A stretch of 64,000 bases of DNA, from the IMG/VR virus record IMGVR_UViG_3300009370_000009, positions 26,383 to 90,382 of that record, one strand, 5' to 3'. Made by a program: the position numbers and the translations under genes. The notes under the pieces are model-generated. The model saw nothing but the letters and a program-made list of their open reading frames with translations, did no database searches and was not told where the DNA came from. This DNA is from a virus. Positions 30,729-40,368 of this stretch are shown piece by piece (position 1 is the stretch's first letter; each line of letters starts with the position of its first letter).

Positions 30729-31266
30729 CATAGTTTATGCTGATCCTCCTTGGGACTACAAGGGACAGAGGCAGCACGCCGGTATCGGTAAGCCCGATAC
30801 TGGTGCTGCTGTCTCTCATTATGATACAATGCATATTGATGATATAAAAAATATGGATGTAAAGAGTATTGTTGATGACAAAGAGTCATTATTATTCCTG
30901 TGGTCTAGTAGCCCTCATCTTCCCCAGGCATTGGATGTTATGGATGCTTGGGGGTTTTCTTGGGCTACAGTTGCTTTCGTTTGGGATAAGCAAAGGGTTA
31001 ACCCTGGGTTTTACACAATGAGTCAAGTGGAATTGTGTTTGGTGGGCAAGATGGGGAAGATACCTCAACCTAGGGGTGCGAGGAATGTTAGGCAGTTTAT
31101 TTCTGAAATGCGTGGAGAGCATAGTTCTAAGCCTATTGAAGTTAGGGAAAGGATAGAACAAATGTTCCCCGCTCAACGAAAGATAGAGTTGTTTGCTAGG
31201 AATACTGCTCCGGGATGGGACTCTTGGGGCGAAGGTGTCGGTAAAACAGAATGGATGTTTCAATGA
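30709..31266 (+). CDS. Second MT-A70 family adenine methyltransferase
   Basis: YADPPWDY, HYDTM, FVWDK, ELCLVG, HSSKP, IELFAR. Confidence 0.9.
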   Translation: MLQRKYSIVYADPPWDYKGQRQHAGIGKPDTGAAVSHYDTMHIDDIKNMDVKSIVDDKESLLFLWSSSPHLPQALDVMDAWGFSWATVAFVWDKQRVNPGFYTMSQVELCLVGKMGKIPQPRGARNVRQFISEMRGEHSSKPIEVRERIEQMFPAQRKIELFARNTAPGWDSWGEGVGKTEWMFQ

Positions 31267-31503
31267 GAAGTTTTATTAATTGGGGTACCGCCGTACAGAT
31301 TTTGGCATTTGCTGTATTGTGGGTTTTATTTATATAAATGTACTCAATTTGGAGGAATATTTAATTGACATTTGATCCTGAAGATCCTGCAGAGACTGAG
31401 TTTGATGGTGACGAAGAGTTGCACTGGAGAGAAGAGATGACGGGCGAGCGTCCTATTCTCAATCCTATTGGCGACCCTTACCACCCCAATAGTCTGTAGG
31501 GTA

Positions 31504-31512
31504 TGGTATAAT
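31504..31512 (+). promoter_or_regulatory. Extended -10 (TGgTATAAT), probably driving a leaderless transcript
   Basis: tggtataat 5 nt before the ATG at 31518. Confidence 0.5.
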
Positions 31513-31517
31513 ATAAT

Positions 31518-32183
31518 ATGACAGATATCGCTATTGAGGACGAATCTGGCAACCAATTATCACTTATAGATCGTCTTGAGTTGGTAGATCAGGTTGGCGG
31601 TTATCACATCAAAGGATACAATGTAACTGAAATTGCATCTTTGATGGATTTAGATCGCGCCAATGTCCGTTCTTACATTGATGAGTTTAAATTGATCCTG
31701 TCCCGTCAGGCCGACGCTGATCCGTACTTCTTAGAGCGTGTTCAGTTGAACACTATCAAAGCTCTAAGCGAATTTGATGAGATAGGCAAAGAGGCTTGGG
31801 AAACAGTAACTATCGCAACCGATCATGGCATGGTAAGCGCAAGGATTCAAGCATTAAAACTTGCGGCTGAGGTTGCCCACAAAAAAGCACAGTTGCATCA
31901 GTTGATGAATAACAATCAGACTGATGTAGAATATGTTGCCAGAATGCAGAGAGCAGAGTCTGTCAATAATTTGTTATCGAAAATCATTCGTGACGTTATC
32001 TCGCAATATCCTGAGATTAGGGATAAAGTTCAAAGAGATCTGGCGGATGCATTTGAAATCCTGGATCAGAATATAATTGATGCAGAAGCCTCGTCCGTAT
32101 TTGAGAGTTCAAATAATATAGTTGACGCTCCCATCCTCGCAGAAGGGGTATCCGATAATGATTCCGCTCAGGGGGAAGTATAG
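31518..32183 (+). CDS. Putative terminase small subunit (HTH)
   Basis: HTH-like GYNVTEIASLMDLDRANVRSYI; directly upstream of TerL. Confidence 0.6.
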   Translation: MTDIAIEDESGNQLSLIDRLELVDQVGGYHIKGYNVTEIASLMDLDRANVRSYIDEFKLILSRQADADPYFLERVQLNTIKALSEFDEIGKEAWETVTIATDHGMVSARIQALKLAAEVAHKKAQLHQLMNNNQTDVEYVARMQRAESVNNLLSKIIRDVISQYPEIRDKVQRDLADAFEILDQNIIDAEASSVFESSNNIVDAPILAEGVSDNDSAQGEV

Positions 32184-32189
32184 CAGACC

Positions 32190-33932
32190 ATGAGTGATTA
32201 CATGGGTCTGAATCTTGAACTAGACGATTTTAGTAAGTTGTTGAATCAAGATGAGTTAGTGGAAGAACCGGTACCGCTAGAAGTTTTCGTGCAAGATAAA
32301 AGATATTTGAATTTACCTCCTTTGTCTAAAATTCAAACTGAGATAGTAAAACAGAGCACGCAGATTTTCAAAGAGGAGACTTTAAAAAAGATATACGGGG
32401 ACAAAGAGGGGATAGACTATTATAATAAGTATACTCAGAACGAAGTCATATGTCAGTTAGGTAAAGGATCTGGTAAAGACCATTGTTCTAGAATATCGAT
32501 GGCTAGAACGGTTTACCTGTTGCATTGTCTAAGAGATCCCCTGATGTATTATGGTAAGGCTAATGGTGTATATGTTGACCTTCTAAACCTTGCTGTTAAC
32601 GCTCAACAGGCGCAAAGGGTTTTCTTCGAGCCTTTGAAAAATCTTTTGTTGGGCAGCCCCTGGTTTAACGATCAAGGGTTTGAGCCTAGAGTAAGTGAAA
32701 TCTTCTTCTTTTCCAGACCAGTCAGATGTTTCTCTGGCCACTCTGAATCTGAGGGTTGGGAAGGTTATGAGGTTATGACTGTTGTTTTAGATGAGATTTC
32801 AGCTTTCAAAACCGATTCAGAATTGAAGGGGGAGATTAGAAATAAAGGTTCAGCGTCTGCAATCTATAATATGAGCAAGTTGTCTGTTATGTCTAGATTT
32901 CCAGAGGTGGGAAAGGTTATCCTGCTGTCGTTCCCTAGGTATAAGGGTGACTTCATTCAGCAGAGATATGAGGGGGCAATCGAAAAGAATGAACCCAAAA
33001 CTTGGTGTATTAAAGCATCAACGTGGGACGTTAATCCAACTATTGAAAGACACCAATTGGAATCGGAATACGTTCGTAACCCTATTGAGGCTGCTGCAAG
33101 GTTTGAATGTGAACCTCCACACATGGAGGACGCATACTTTAGAGATGCAGAGCGTGTAAGGAAATCGTTCATGTATCATGATGATCCGATTGAAGAAGAT
33201 GGAACATTTAAGAAGTGGTTTAATGGTGAAGATGGCAAGTTGAGGTATATGCATGTTGACCTTGGTCTTAAAAGAGACAGGGCTGCATTGTCTATGGTTC
33301 ATGGTGCTGGCTTTACTGAGATAAAAACTTCTATGGGAACTGAGTTGCTTCCGATAATAAATGTTGATCTGATCCACTACTGGGAAGCTGTTCCGGGGAA
33401 AGAAATCAATTTCTCTGCTGTAAGGCAAATGATTCTAGATCTTAACAGGAAGTTTGAGTTAGTTTCTGTTACATTTGATCAATGGCAGTCTGTTGATATG
33501 ATACAGACTTTAAGAAGTCTTGGGGTTAGTGCTGATTTACATGGCGTGAAGAAAACAGATTATGATACTTTGATGACTGCCATTTATGATAACAGGTTGC
33601 GTGGCTATTGGAGCGAACTTCTGGTTGAAGACGAATTGTTGAAATTGAAGTTAATAAACAATACCAAGATAGACCATCCGACTAAAGGAACTAAAGATTT
33701 GGCTGACTCATTAGCTGGTGCAGTATTTGCGTGTGCAAAAAATATTAACATGGATACGGAAGTAGAGATAGAAATCATAAATACTGGCCCTGGTGTTCAC
33801 GAAAAATATGAGAATGAAAAAGAGATGAGCGAAGTGCTAATGATGGATGAAAACAGTTTAGCTTGGGAATCGACAAACTCTACAGTAAGAAGTATGCCAA
33901 GTGAACTCCAAGAATGGTTTGGACATGTCTAA
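32190..33932 (+). CDS. terL: Terminase large subunit
   Basis: Walker A GKGSGKD, Walker B VLDEISAF, nuclease HVDLG, KDLADSLAG. Confidence 0.9.
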   Translation: MSDYMGLNLELDDFSKLLNQDELVEEPVPLEVFVQDKRYLNLPPLSKIQTEIVKQSTQIFKEETLKKIYGDKEGIDYYNKYTQNEVICQLGKGSGKDHCSRISMARTVYLLHCLRDPLMYYGKANGVYVDLLNLAVNAQQAQRVFFEPLKNLLLGSPWFNDQGFEPRVSEIFFFSRPVRCFSGHSESEGWEGYEVMTVVLDEISAFKTDSELKGEIRNKGSASAIYNMSKLSVMSRFPEVGKVILLSFPRYKGDFIQQRYEGAIEKNEPKTWCIKASTWDVNPTIERHQLESEYVRNPIEAAARFECEPPHMEDAYFRDAERVRKSFMYHDDPIEEDGTFKKWFNGEDGKLRYMHVDLGLKRDRAALSMVHGAGFTEIKTSMGTELLPIINVDLIHYWEAVPGKEINFSAVRQMILDLNRKFELVSVTFDQWQSVDMIQTLRSLGVSADLHGVKKTDYDTLMTAIYDNRLRGYWSELLVEDELLKLKLINNTKIDHPTKGTKDLADSLAGAVFACAKNINMDTEVEIEIINTGPGVHEKYENEKEMSEVLMMDENSLAWESTNSTVRSMPSELQEWFGHV

Positions 33933-33991
33933 ATGATTCCTCGAAAAATATATACTCAATTTCACTGAAACATTCAGTCAAATCCCGAGGG

Positions 33992-34007
33992 TTTGTAACA
34001 TTACAAA
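33992..34007. promoter_or_regulatory. Lone TGTAA-NN-TTACA palindrome outside the cassette array
   Basis: tttgtaacattacaaa. Confidence 0.65.
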
Positions 34008-34180
34008 ACGCAGGGCAGCCCGATAGAGAAATGTCGAGGGTTTAAATCAGAGTTTACAGAGATTTTCGTTTGATCCGCGATGGAGAATGGTGCGTGTGGT
34101 AGTGTGTTTATTGGCGCCTGAGGGTCATGCCCTCATTCGTTTAGTTAAATCCATTGGATAGATTAACAAAAGGAAAAACA

Positions 34181-34489
34181 ATGAGCATTGTTAAGGTTGA
34201 TGCGTTGCCGGATATCGTTAGGCATAGCGTTGCTAGTGGGCTGATTCTGGAGATCAGAGAAGCCCTTACGGAATCCATTAAGTCAGGTCAGGCTTTTAAG
34301 ATTGATGACCTGCTTGAGGATAAGGATTTCCACAACATGCAGCAGAGAGTTAGGACTCAGGCTAGGAAACTGGGTATGAATGTCTCTGTCCGTAGGGCTA
34401 AGGAAGAGAATGCTCTCTACTTTGTTGCCCTGTCAGATGATATTAAGAAGGATGCAAAGAAGCTTCCTTCTGAGGATTCTGATAAGTAA
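34181..34489 (+). CDS. Small putative DNA-binding protein, weakly similar to the 55152 and 55997 ORFs
   Basis: SGLILEI...GQAF...RVRTQARKLG..VSVR; has its own -10 (TAGTGT 34100) and terminator. Confidence 0.65.
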   Translation: MSIVKVDALPDIVRHSVASGLILEIREALTESIKSGQAFKIDDLLEDKDFHNMQQRVRTQARKLGMNVSVRRAKEENALYFVALSDDIKKDAKKLPSEDSDK

Positions 34490-34517
34490 CACATCTTAAT
34501 ATAAAACTGAATTCAGT

Positions 34518-34551
34518 AAAAGAGGGGCACCCTTCGGGGTGTCCCTCTTTT
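34518..34551 (+). terminator. Intrinsic (probably bidirectional) terminator
   Basis: aaaagaggggcaccc-ttcg-gggtgtccctctttt. Confidence 0.9.
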
Positions 34552-34581
34552 CTGGTTGTCGATAGTTTAGAAGGTAGGAAT

Positions 34582-34860
34582 GTGAAAGAAGATGAACAAT
34601 TATCGAAGAATATGTGTCCTAGGTGTTTGGGGGATATACAGGGATATCCCGCAACAAGTAGAACAGATAACTTGACAGAAATATGCTCGCCATGCGGACA
34701 GACAGAAGCTATGGAGGACTTTATATATAGCACTATAAAAACACAAGACATGTGGCCGACCCATGAGGGTTTTGCTAAACAGTCTTATTGGAATAAGATG
34801 AACAAACTGACCGGTATGATTACTGATTTAACCAAAAAGGATAGTGATAAAAATGAGTGA
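34582..34860 (+). CDS. Zinc-finger hypothetical protein
   Basis: CPRC...PATSRTDN.TEICSPCG..EA. Confidence 0.65.
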   Translation: MKEDEQLSKNMCPRCLGDIQGYPATSRTDNLTEICSPCGQTEAMEDFIYSTIKTQDMWPTHEGFAKQSYWNKMNKLTGMITDLTKKDSDKNE

Positions 34861-35338
34861 TATAATTTCCATTGATGTTTCGGCTCTGATCCAGGAAATA
34901 ACTAATGACGATAGTGGCTATCTTTCCAGTTATGTTGCAGATGCTGTTGATGAAAGGATTACTGAGGCGGTTGGAGATGCGGTAGATGATTACTTGCGCT
35001 ATGGTAGCGATATTGCTGATATTGTAAGTGACTGTGTTACTGATTATCTGAGTTCATCCCTTGGAGAGGAATTGTCGTCGTTATTGAATGATGTTGGGGA
35101 GACGAATCTATGCGGTTTAGGAAGTGATTTTGCGAGAGCAATCAATACTGTTTTAAAGCATCATGTACCCTGGTCGCAGGTTATTGAAGACAGTGAATTG
35201 GCGGATATTATCAAGTCTAACGAATCGACTGAGAACATTCAGAAAATTGTTTCTGATAAGTTCAATAAGGAAATGAAGGTTGAGGTTAGTTTTGTAGATA
35301 AGGAGCCGCCTGAGGTGGTTGGTGGGAGTGTTATTTGA
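34853..35338 (+). CDS. Hypothetical acidic protein
   Basis: Coupled + strand ORF. Confidence 0.55.
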   Translation: MSDIISIDVSALIQEITNDDSGYLSSYVADAVDERITEAVGDAVDDYLRYGSDIADIVSDCVTDYLSSSLGEELSSLLNDVGETNLCGLGSDFARAINTVLKHHVPWSQVIEDSELADIIKSNESTENIQKIVSDKFNKEMKVEVSFVDKEPPEVVGGSVI

Positions 35339-35541
35339 TGCCTCTGACTGAAGAGGAAAAAGCAGAGATTCGTCTTGAAACTGAGTATAGATGCGATATT
35401 TATACTAATGGAGACTGGTTTCAGGAAAGGGTTAGAGAAGCCCTATGCGAACTGCTATTTCCAGACGTTGAGTCGTGCGATGGAGAATGTCACATAGACT
35501 TTCTAGAATTATTGAAAAGAGCTTTAGATGCCAAAGTATGA
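35335..35541 (+). CDS. Hypothetical protein
   Basis: Coupled + strand ORF. Confidence 0.5.
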   Translation: MMPLTEEEKAEIRLETEYRCDIYTNGDWFQERVREALCELLFPDVESCDGECHIDFLELLKRALDAKV

Positions 35542-35722
35542 TATTGAAGTTGAACTTGTGGGTTCTGATGGTAATGCATTTGCGATTATGGGTAAAGTCA
35601 AGGATGCGTTGAAACGTAATGGCGTTACCCCCGAGGAAGTAAATAAATATATGGAAGAGTCAATGTCTGGTGATTATGATAACCTGCTGAATACTGCTAT
35701 GGAATGGGTGAATGTGTTATGA
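35528..35722 (+). CDS. Conserved small phage protein
   Basis: LVGSDGNAFAIMGKVKDALKRNG...SGDYDNLL. Confidence 0.7.
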   Translation: MPKYDIEVELVGSDGNAFAIMGKVKDALKRNGVTPEEVNKYMEESMSGDYDNLLNTAMEWVNVL

Positions 35723-36063
35723 GTTACACTAAGGAAGAAATAAAGAAGGCTATTGACGATGGTATTATCGTCAGTAATGGTCATGCTATTATTGACCCTG
35801 CTCATTATGCGCCGTTTGATGTTAGCCATCTAATTAAGGAACACAAGTCTAACTTTAGTTCAAGTAAACAGACTATCTATACTGACGGGGTTGCAGTAGA
35901 ATCAGTAGTTGGCGTAAACAATTTAGACTTCCTGTATTCTCTAGTGCTTCAGTTGAATCTAGATTACGTGTCTTACTTTGGCAGAGGAACCCAGGCAGTA
36001 GAGATGGTTGAAGTTTTAAGTAGATGGGCACATAGTAAGGAAGAAGAATATGCCTCTAGATAG
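35719..36063 (+). CDS. Hypothetical protein
   Basis: ATGA overlap. Confidence 0.55.
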   Translation: MSYTKEEIKKAIDDGIIVSNGHAIIDPAHYAPFDVSHLIKEHKSNFSSSKQTIYTDGVAVESVVGVNNLDFLYSLVLQLNLDYVSYFGRGTQAVEMVEVLSRWAHSKEEEYASR

Positions 36064-36274
36064 AACATTAGAAGGGCGCAGGGTGCGTCTTGTCAAGACT
36101 AACGATCCGTATACTAAACTTGAGCGTGGTTCTTTAGGTACGGTTAAGTATGAAACGTATGACGAATTGTGGGGTGATGAAAAACTATCAGTAGATTGGG
36201 ATGATGGTTCAAAACTTATGCTTATAGCAGGTGAGGATCATTGGCAAATATTGCCTATGGAAGAAGTAAAATGA
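36050..36274 (+). CDS. DUF4314-like protein
   Basis: GRRVRL..TNDPY..L..G..GTV...VDWDDGS.L.LI.GED. Confidence 0.75.
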   Translation: MPLDRTLEGRRVRLVKTNDPYTKLERGSLGTVKYETYDELWGDEKLSVDWDDGSKLMLIAGEDHWQILPMEEVK

Positions 36275-36462
36275 TACATATTGGATCAAGGGTTAAAGTC
36301 ATTGATCAAGATATAACGGGAACTGTTGTTAGGTATGACGGCAGTAAGCTTTGTGTATTGGATGATGACAGAGATATGTGGCGTTTTGATATAGAGCCAG
36401 AAGGTGAAGAAGGAATACTTATTTATCGGCAATCAGAAGTTGAGGAAATAAATGAAGAATAA
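36271..36462 (+). CDS. Small SH3-like hypothetical protein
   Basis: IGSRVKV...GTVV. Confidence 0.5.
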   Translation: MIHIGSRVKVIDQDITGTVVRYDGSKLCVLDDDRDMWRFDIEPEGEEGILIYRQSEVEEINEE

Positions 36463-36820
36463 GACTAAGTTAGCAGGGTTCTGTGGCGTGGATTCAGGCC
36501 AAATAATGGTCATTGATCCATGCTATGCGTTTAAGGATGACTATTTCGGTAGCGATACTCCTCCAACAGGTGGAAACTATGATTCTGTTTGCAGGGTAAG
36601 TATTGCAGATACGTTTGGAGAGTTTTCGTTACCTGCTAATGGTTACCACGGCAGTATTGGTGTAGTTACATCTTCTGGTTATGGTGACGGTAGATATCCT
36701 GTTTTTGTTGATGTTAATGACGACGGCAGGGTTGTTGAATTGCGTATTGCCTTTGATGGCATTAGGCATGATGATCTTCAAGTTATGATGAATTGGGAAG
36801 AAGAGGAAGGGCTTATCTGA
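36452..36820 (+). CDS. DUF4241-like protein
   Basis: GVDSGQ..VIDPCY...SSGYGDG.YPV. Confidence 0.65.
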   Translation: MKNKTKLAGFCGVDSGQIMVIDPCYAFKDDYFGSDTPPTGGNYDSVCRVSIADTFGEFSLPANGYHGSIGVVTSSGYGDGRYPVFVDVNDDGRVVELRIAFDGIRHDDLQVMMNWEEEEGLI

Positions 36821-37392
36821 TGCCTAATTGGTGTACAAATACGTTGAACATTTGCGGGCCTGTTGCTGAAGTAGACGGGTTTGTCAAAGCCATTAAGAGT
36901 GATGATGACGGTCAGGAATATACTATTCTTGAAAGTCTCTATCCTATTCCAGATGACCTAAAAGATCTGCCTTCTAGGTTTGGTGCTATTCCTGATGATG
37001 ATCCAGATAAGGAGAAGAAGGAGAGTAATAAGGAAAAGTACGGTGCTGTAGATTGGTATGATTGGTGCTGTAATAATTGGGGCACTAAGTGGGCTGATTG
37101 TCATACTGAGTATATTACTGATGATCAATCAGAAGGTCTAAAGAAAGTTATGTTTAGATTTGATAGCGCTTGGTCGCCGCCAATTGATGGATTCAATGCT
37201 ATTGCTATGATGTTTCCAAAGCTTGTATTTGACCTTAGGTATGAAGAACCTGGTATGTGTTATCAAGGTTACAAGATTTGGGGTAATGGTGAATCAGTAG
37301 CCGAAGCGGAAATGGAGTATATGGCTTCAGGGGATATGATTTTTGATACTATTGATTGGGATTATGAACATTATTGCGGCAAGGAGGATTAG
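36820..37392 (+). CDS. DUF1281/ferredoxin-like-fold phage protein
   Basis: MPNWCTN...WYDW...NWGTKW...FDSAWSPP...YEEPG. Confidence 0.75.
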   Translation: MPNWCTNTLNICGPVAEVDGFVKAIKSDDDGQEYTILESLYPIPDDLKDLPSRFGAIPDDDPDKEKKESNKEKYGAVDWYDWCCNNWGTKWADCHTEYITDDQSEGLKKVMFRFDSAWSPPIDGFNAIAMMFPKLVFDLRYEEPGMCYQGYKIWGNGESVAEAEMEYMASGDMIFDTIDWDYEHYCGKED

Positions 37393-37397
37393 TAAAG

Positions 37398-37667
37398 ATG
37401 AGTAGTAATTATCCGCCGGGTGTTACTGGAAATGAATATGAGATTGCTGGACCTGATGAGCAGTGGGACGAGGAGTATTTTTGTGAAAAGTGTGAAACGG
37501 ATACTATGTTCAGTTGTGAATCATTTCAAGGACAAAGATCTGGTGTATGTGGGGAGTGTAATTCTGATCTTGATCTTGGTCACAGGGATGACTATATTGA
37601 TTGGGAATGGGTAGAGGATCAGAAAGAAGATTTGGATCTTCATAGAGCAGAGATGGGATGGGACTAA
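37398..37667 (+). CDS. Small zinc-ribbon protein
   Basis: SNYPPGVTG...CEKC...CGEC. Confidence 0.6.
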   Translation: MSSNYPPGVTGNEYEIAGPDEQWDEEYFCEKCETDTMFSCESFQGQRSGVCGECNSDLDLGHRDDYIDWEWVEDQKEDLDLHRAEMGWD

Positions 37668-38191
37668 TGGCGAGTCCAAAGCGAAATAAAGAGTTATTTT
37701 TTGAGATAGCAGATATTGTTGATTTTGAACATAGTAAATATCAGCAAGAGTATTGGGCTTCAACATATCCAATTGAAATTGATGTTGACAGTCCTAATCC
37801 CTTAAGTGTAGCAATTGATGTTAAAGAGTGTAATACTTCAGGCTGTATTGCTGGGTGGGCTGCTTTATTAAGTGGATGGTATCCTAGGATTCATCTTCGA
37901 TATGACAACGGAATCGCTTTTGATTATACTTTCATGGCTGAACAGCCTCTCGTTAATAGAGGTGGGACGTTTAAGTATGATTTAAAAGGGTATATGCATC
38001 CGTTAGAAGATGAAGAGATCAATTTCCGCTCTCCAGAGGATATTGGGCAAGAATTATTAGGTTTGGATCATGATGAGGCAGAGCATGTGTTTGCCGAATT
38101 TCAAGATTGGACTGGTGATGATTTGAGGAAAATGGGAAAGGGGGCGGATGTCTTTGAGATGGGCATGGAAGGCTGTGAAGAAGAAGATTAA
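37667..38191 (+). CDS. Hypothetical protein, paralogue of 49164-49886
   Basis: LF.EIADIVDF...CNTSGCIAGWAALLSGWYP. Confidence 0.65.
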   Translation: MASPKRNKELFFEIADIVDFEHSKYQQEYWASTYPIEIDVDSPNPLSVAIDVKECNTSGCIAGWAALLSGWYPRIHLRYDNGIAFDYTFMAEQPLVNRGGTFKYDLKGYMHPLEDEEINFRSPEDIGQELLGLDHDEAEHVFAEFQDWTGDDLRKMGKGADVFEMGMEGCEEED

Positions 38192-38420
38192 GGTTTCTGA
38201 ACTGCAGATTGTAGAGGGTAGATTGAATCGTAAATACGACAGTCTGAGAAATTTTTATGAGATGAAATTGCGAGAACAACGTGAAGAGATAAACGTGCTT
38301 AAGATGGAAGTGACGTTGCTGTCTAATATGCTGTGGGAAATTAAGAAAGATTTGGAGCATAGTCGAGAGCATCAATACAGTAAATCTAAGTTACAAGATT
38401 GGCTACTTAAGAAGGATTGA
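38148..38420 (+). CDS. Hypothetical coiled-coil protein (start uncertain)
   Basis: + strand ORF filling the gap. Confidence 0.45.
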   Translation: MSLRWAWKAVKKKIKVSELQIVEGRLNRKYDSLRNFYEMKLREQREEINVLKMEVTLLSNMLWEIKKDLEHSREHQYSKSKLQDWLLKKD

Positions 38421-38427
38421 ATAAGGT

Positions 38428-38688
38428 ATGACAACGTATAGATCGTCAGAGAAAGAATTGCTTGAGAAGGATTTGTCGGTATTGCATGGTGCTACGATTG
38501 TATCCACTTTTGTTGAGGATGACGATTGGGATGCTTGGCCTGTATTGGTGTTGGAAATTCAGGGTAAAGGCGGTACTAAATTTGTTGATAGTGTGGTTAT
38601 ATCCCAAGATATGGAGGGGAATGGTCCTGGTGTTTTAATTGGTTTATGGGATATTGTTAACAAGGTTAGGGATACGGAATTGGTATGA
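38428..38688 (+). CDS. Hypothetical protein
   Basis: SQDMEGNGPG motif; RBS. Confidence 0.6.
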   Translation: MTTYRSSEKELLEKDLSVLHGATIVSTFVEDDDWDAWPVLVLEIQGKGGTKFVDSVVISQDMEGNGPGVLIGLWDIVNKVRDTELV

Positions 38689-38825
38689 AGGAATCAGAGA
38701 GGCCACATATCGGTCAAAGATTAGTTACTAATGTTAGGTGTTATGAGTGTAACAGGTTGTTTGATTTATTAGATGAGACTGATGCTCAAGAATACTATTA
38801 TGGGCATGATTGCGAGGTTTAGGGT

Positions 38826-39224
38826 TTGATGGAAACTGAAAATAGGTTAACTGAAACCGAGCAGAACGATATTGATGCTCAGTTGTCATACGAGAATATG
38901 ACGACAATAGTTGGCGATATTCAGAAGAAGCATCTTGGTGAAGAGTTTATGGAGGATTATGACGAATATTGGGATACACTACATGATATGGTGTTGAGTA
39001 TTGAAGAGAGAAAAGTTTATGAAATATGTTTGGGAACTGGTGGGCCTGGTTATCATTTGAATGTCGAAGTTAGAGGGAGTGGTAATCTTGCAGATGTTGA
39101 ACGTATGTCGTATACTTATTTAAGCTGGTTTTACCGAAAGGACATCCCTATTGATAAGGGTACCAAAGAGTGGGATGTTTGGGAAGAATTTGCTCGCAAT
39201 TTCGTAGAGGAATGGGTGGTGTAA
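38826..39224 (+). CDS. Hypothetical protein
   Basis: ICLGTGGP motif. Confidence 0.6.
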   Translation: MMETENRLTETEQNDIDAQLSYENMTTIVGDIQKKHLGEEFMEDYDEYWDTLHDMVLSIEERKVYEICLGTGGPGYHLNVEVRGSGNLADVERMSYTYLSWFYRKDIPIDKGTKEWDVWEEFARNFVEEWVV

Positions 39225-39520
39225 TGCCGGCGCATAATAAATATTATGTAGTCGAATACCGTTATGCGGTACGCATTGATGGCGTCAATAATGTTATGAC
39301 TGCTGTTGCGAAAGCTAATGAAATTGTTGAGAGGAAGTGGGGGTTTAGACCGACGAATTGGTTTGCTAGGATATTTGAATATTTCGGCGGTCCAGATCAT
39401 ACAGGCCCATCGAATGAGTATTTCTATAATCCACACAGTGTGTCTTATAGGGAGATAGATAAGAACTGGGAATCGCATCAGGAATTGATCAAGAATGGAG
39501 AAGAGCCAAATGCCAGTTAA
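39224..39520 (+). CDS. Hypothetical protein
   Basis: TAATG coupling. Confidence 0.55.
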   Translation: MPAHNKYYVVEYRYAVRIDGVNNVMTAVAKANEIVERKWGFRPTNWFARIFEYFGGPDHTGPSNEYFYNPHSVSYREIDKNWESHQELIKNGEEPNAS

Positions 39521-39782
39521 AGTTGCGGATTGGAAAACGCCTCGCGTCAAGGTTTTCTTGGCGCCAGAGGATTCAACTGTTATTGGGACTATGGAATTCC
39601 AAAAAAACCAGGAAAGTGGTTTACTGGATCTAGTTGTACAGTTTAGAAACGATACGGTTTATCATTACTTTGATGTCGAAGAAGAAGATATCGCTCAGGT
39701 GCTGTTTTCGCATTCGATTGGGTCTGCGTTTAACAATTTGATAAGTAAGACTGACAAGTATAGATTTGAGAAGGTCATCTAG
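39510..39782 (+). CDS. KTSC domain protein
   Basis: LVVQFRNDTVYHYFDV...SIGSAFN..I. Confidence 0.75.
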   Translation: MPVKVADWKTPRVKVFLAPEDSTVIGTMEFQKNQESGLLDLVVQFRNDTVYHYFDVEEEDIAQVLFSHSIGSAFNNLISKTDKYRFEKVI

Positions 39783-39783
39783 T

Positions 39784-40368
39784 ATGATATTGAAAGGGCT
39801 GTCTGTTTTTATAATATTGTTTGCGTCTATAGGTAGTCCGTTAAATAATACTGTGTATGATGAAATGCTGTTAAATAATAACCGTATACCTGGGCCTGTG
39901 GCAATAAATAACGAAGGTCCAGGTGTATTTGTTAGTTATGAAACTAACGAGTATGATGAATGGGAAAGAGAATTTAAGCGGGAATTGGGGTATGAAGAGG
40001 GTAAGGAATGTCCTGAGACTGGATCTTGTGATATACCAGAAGAAATTTGGTTAGGTCATTATCCTACGTTGAATGAAATGGTTAGTTATTTCTTTCTGCC
40101 AGAAGATAGGGAGTGGGCATTAAGGGTTGCATACTGTGAATCAAGTGCTAGGCCAGAAGATAAGTTTAACGAGGCTGTAAACGAGTTATCTGGAGCTGTG
40201 GGTTTCTATCAGCATTTACCTAAGTATTGGACTGAGAGATCGTATTATGCTGGGTATTTTGGTTTCGCTATGAATCATCCTAAGGCAAACGTTGGAGTTG
40301 CTGCCTGGTTATACTATGAGTATGGTGGTAGTAGTCATTGGAATGCCTCAAAATCGTGTTGGGAATAG
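39784..40368 (+). CDS. Secreted SLT-like lytic transglycosylase
   Basis: N-terminal hydrophobic signal; LRVAYCESS...AVN..SGAVGFYQ...N..VAAWLY..GG..HW. Confidence 0.75.
   Translation: MILKGLSVFIILFASIGSPLNNTVYDEMLLNNNRIPGPVAINNEGPGVFVSYETNEYDEWEREFKRELGYEEGKECPETGSCDIPEEIWLGHYPTLNEMVSYFFLPEDREWALRVAYCESSARPEDKFNEAVNELSGAVGFYQHLPKYWTERSYYAGYFGFAMNHPKANVGVAAWLYYEYGGSSHWNASKSCWE

Noticed and set aside
17708-33932. Inteins or introns in DnaE, RecA or TerL
   Set aside because: Lengths are ordinary, frames are uninterrupted, and I saw no intein splice motifs.
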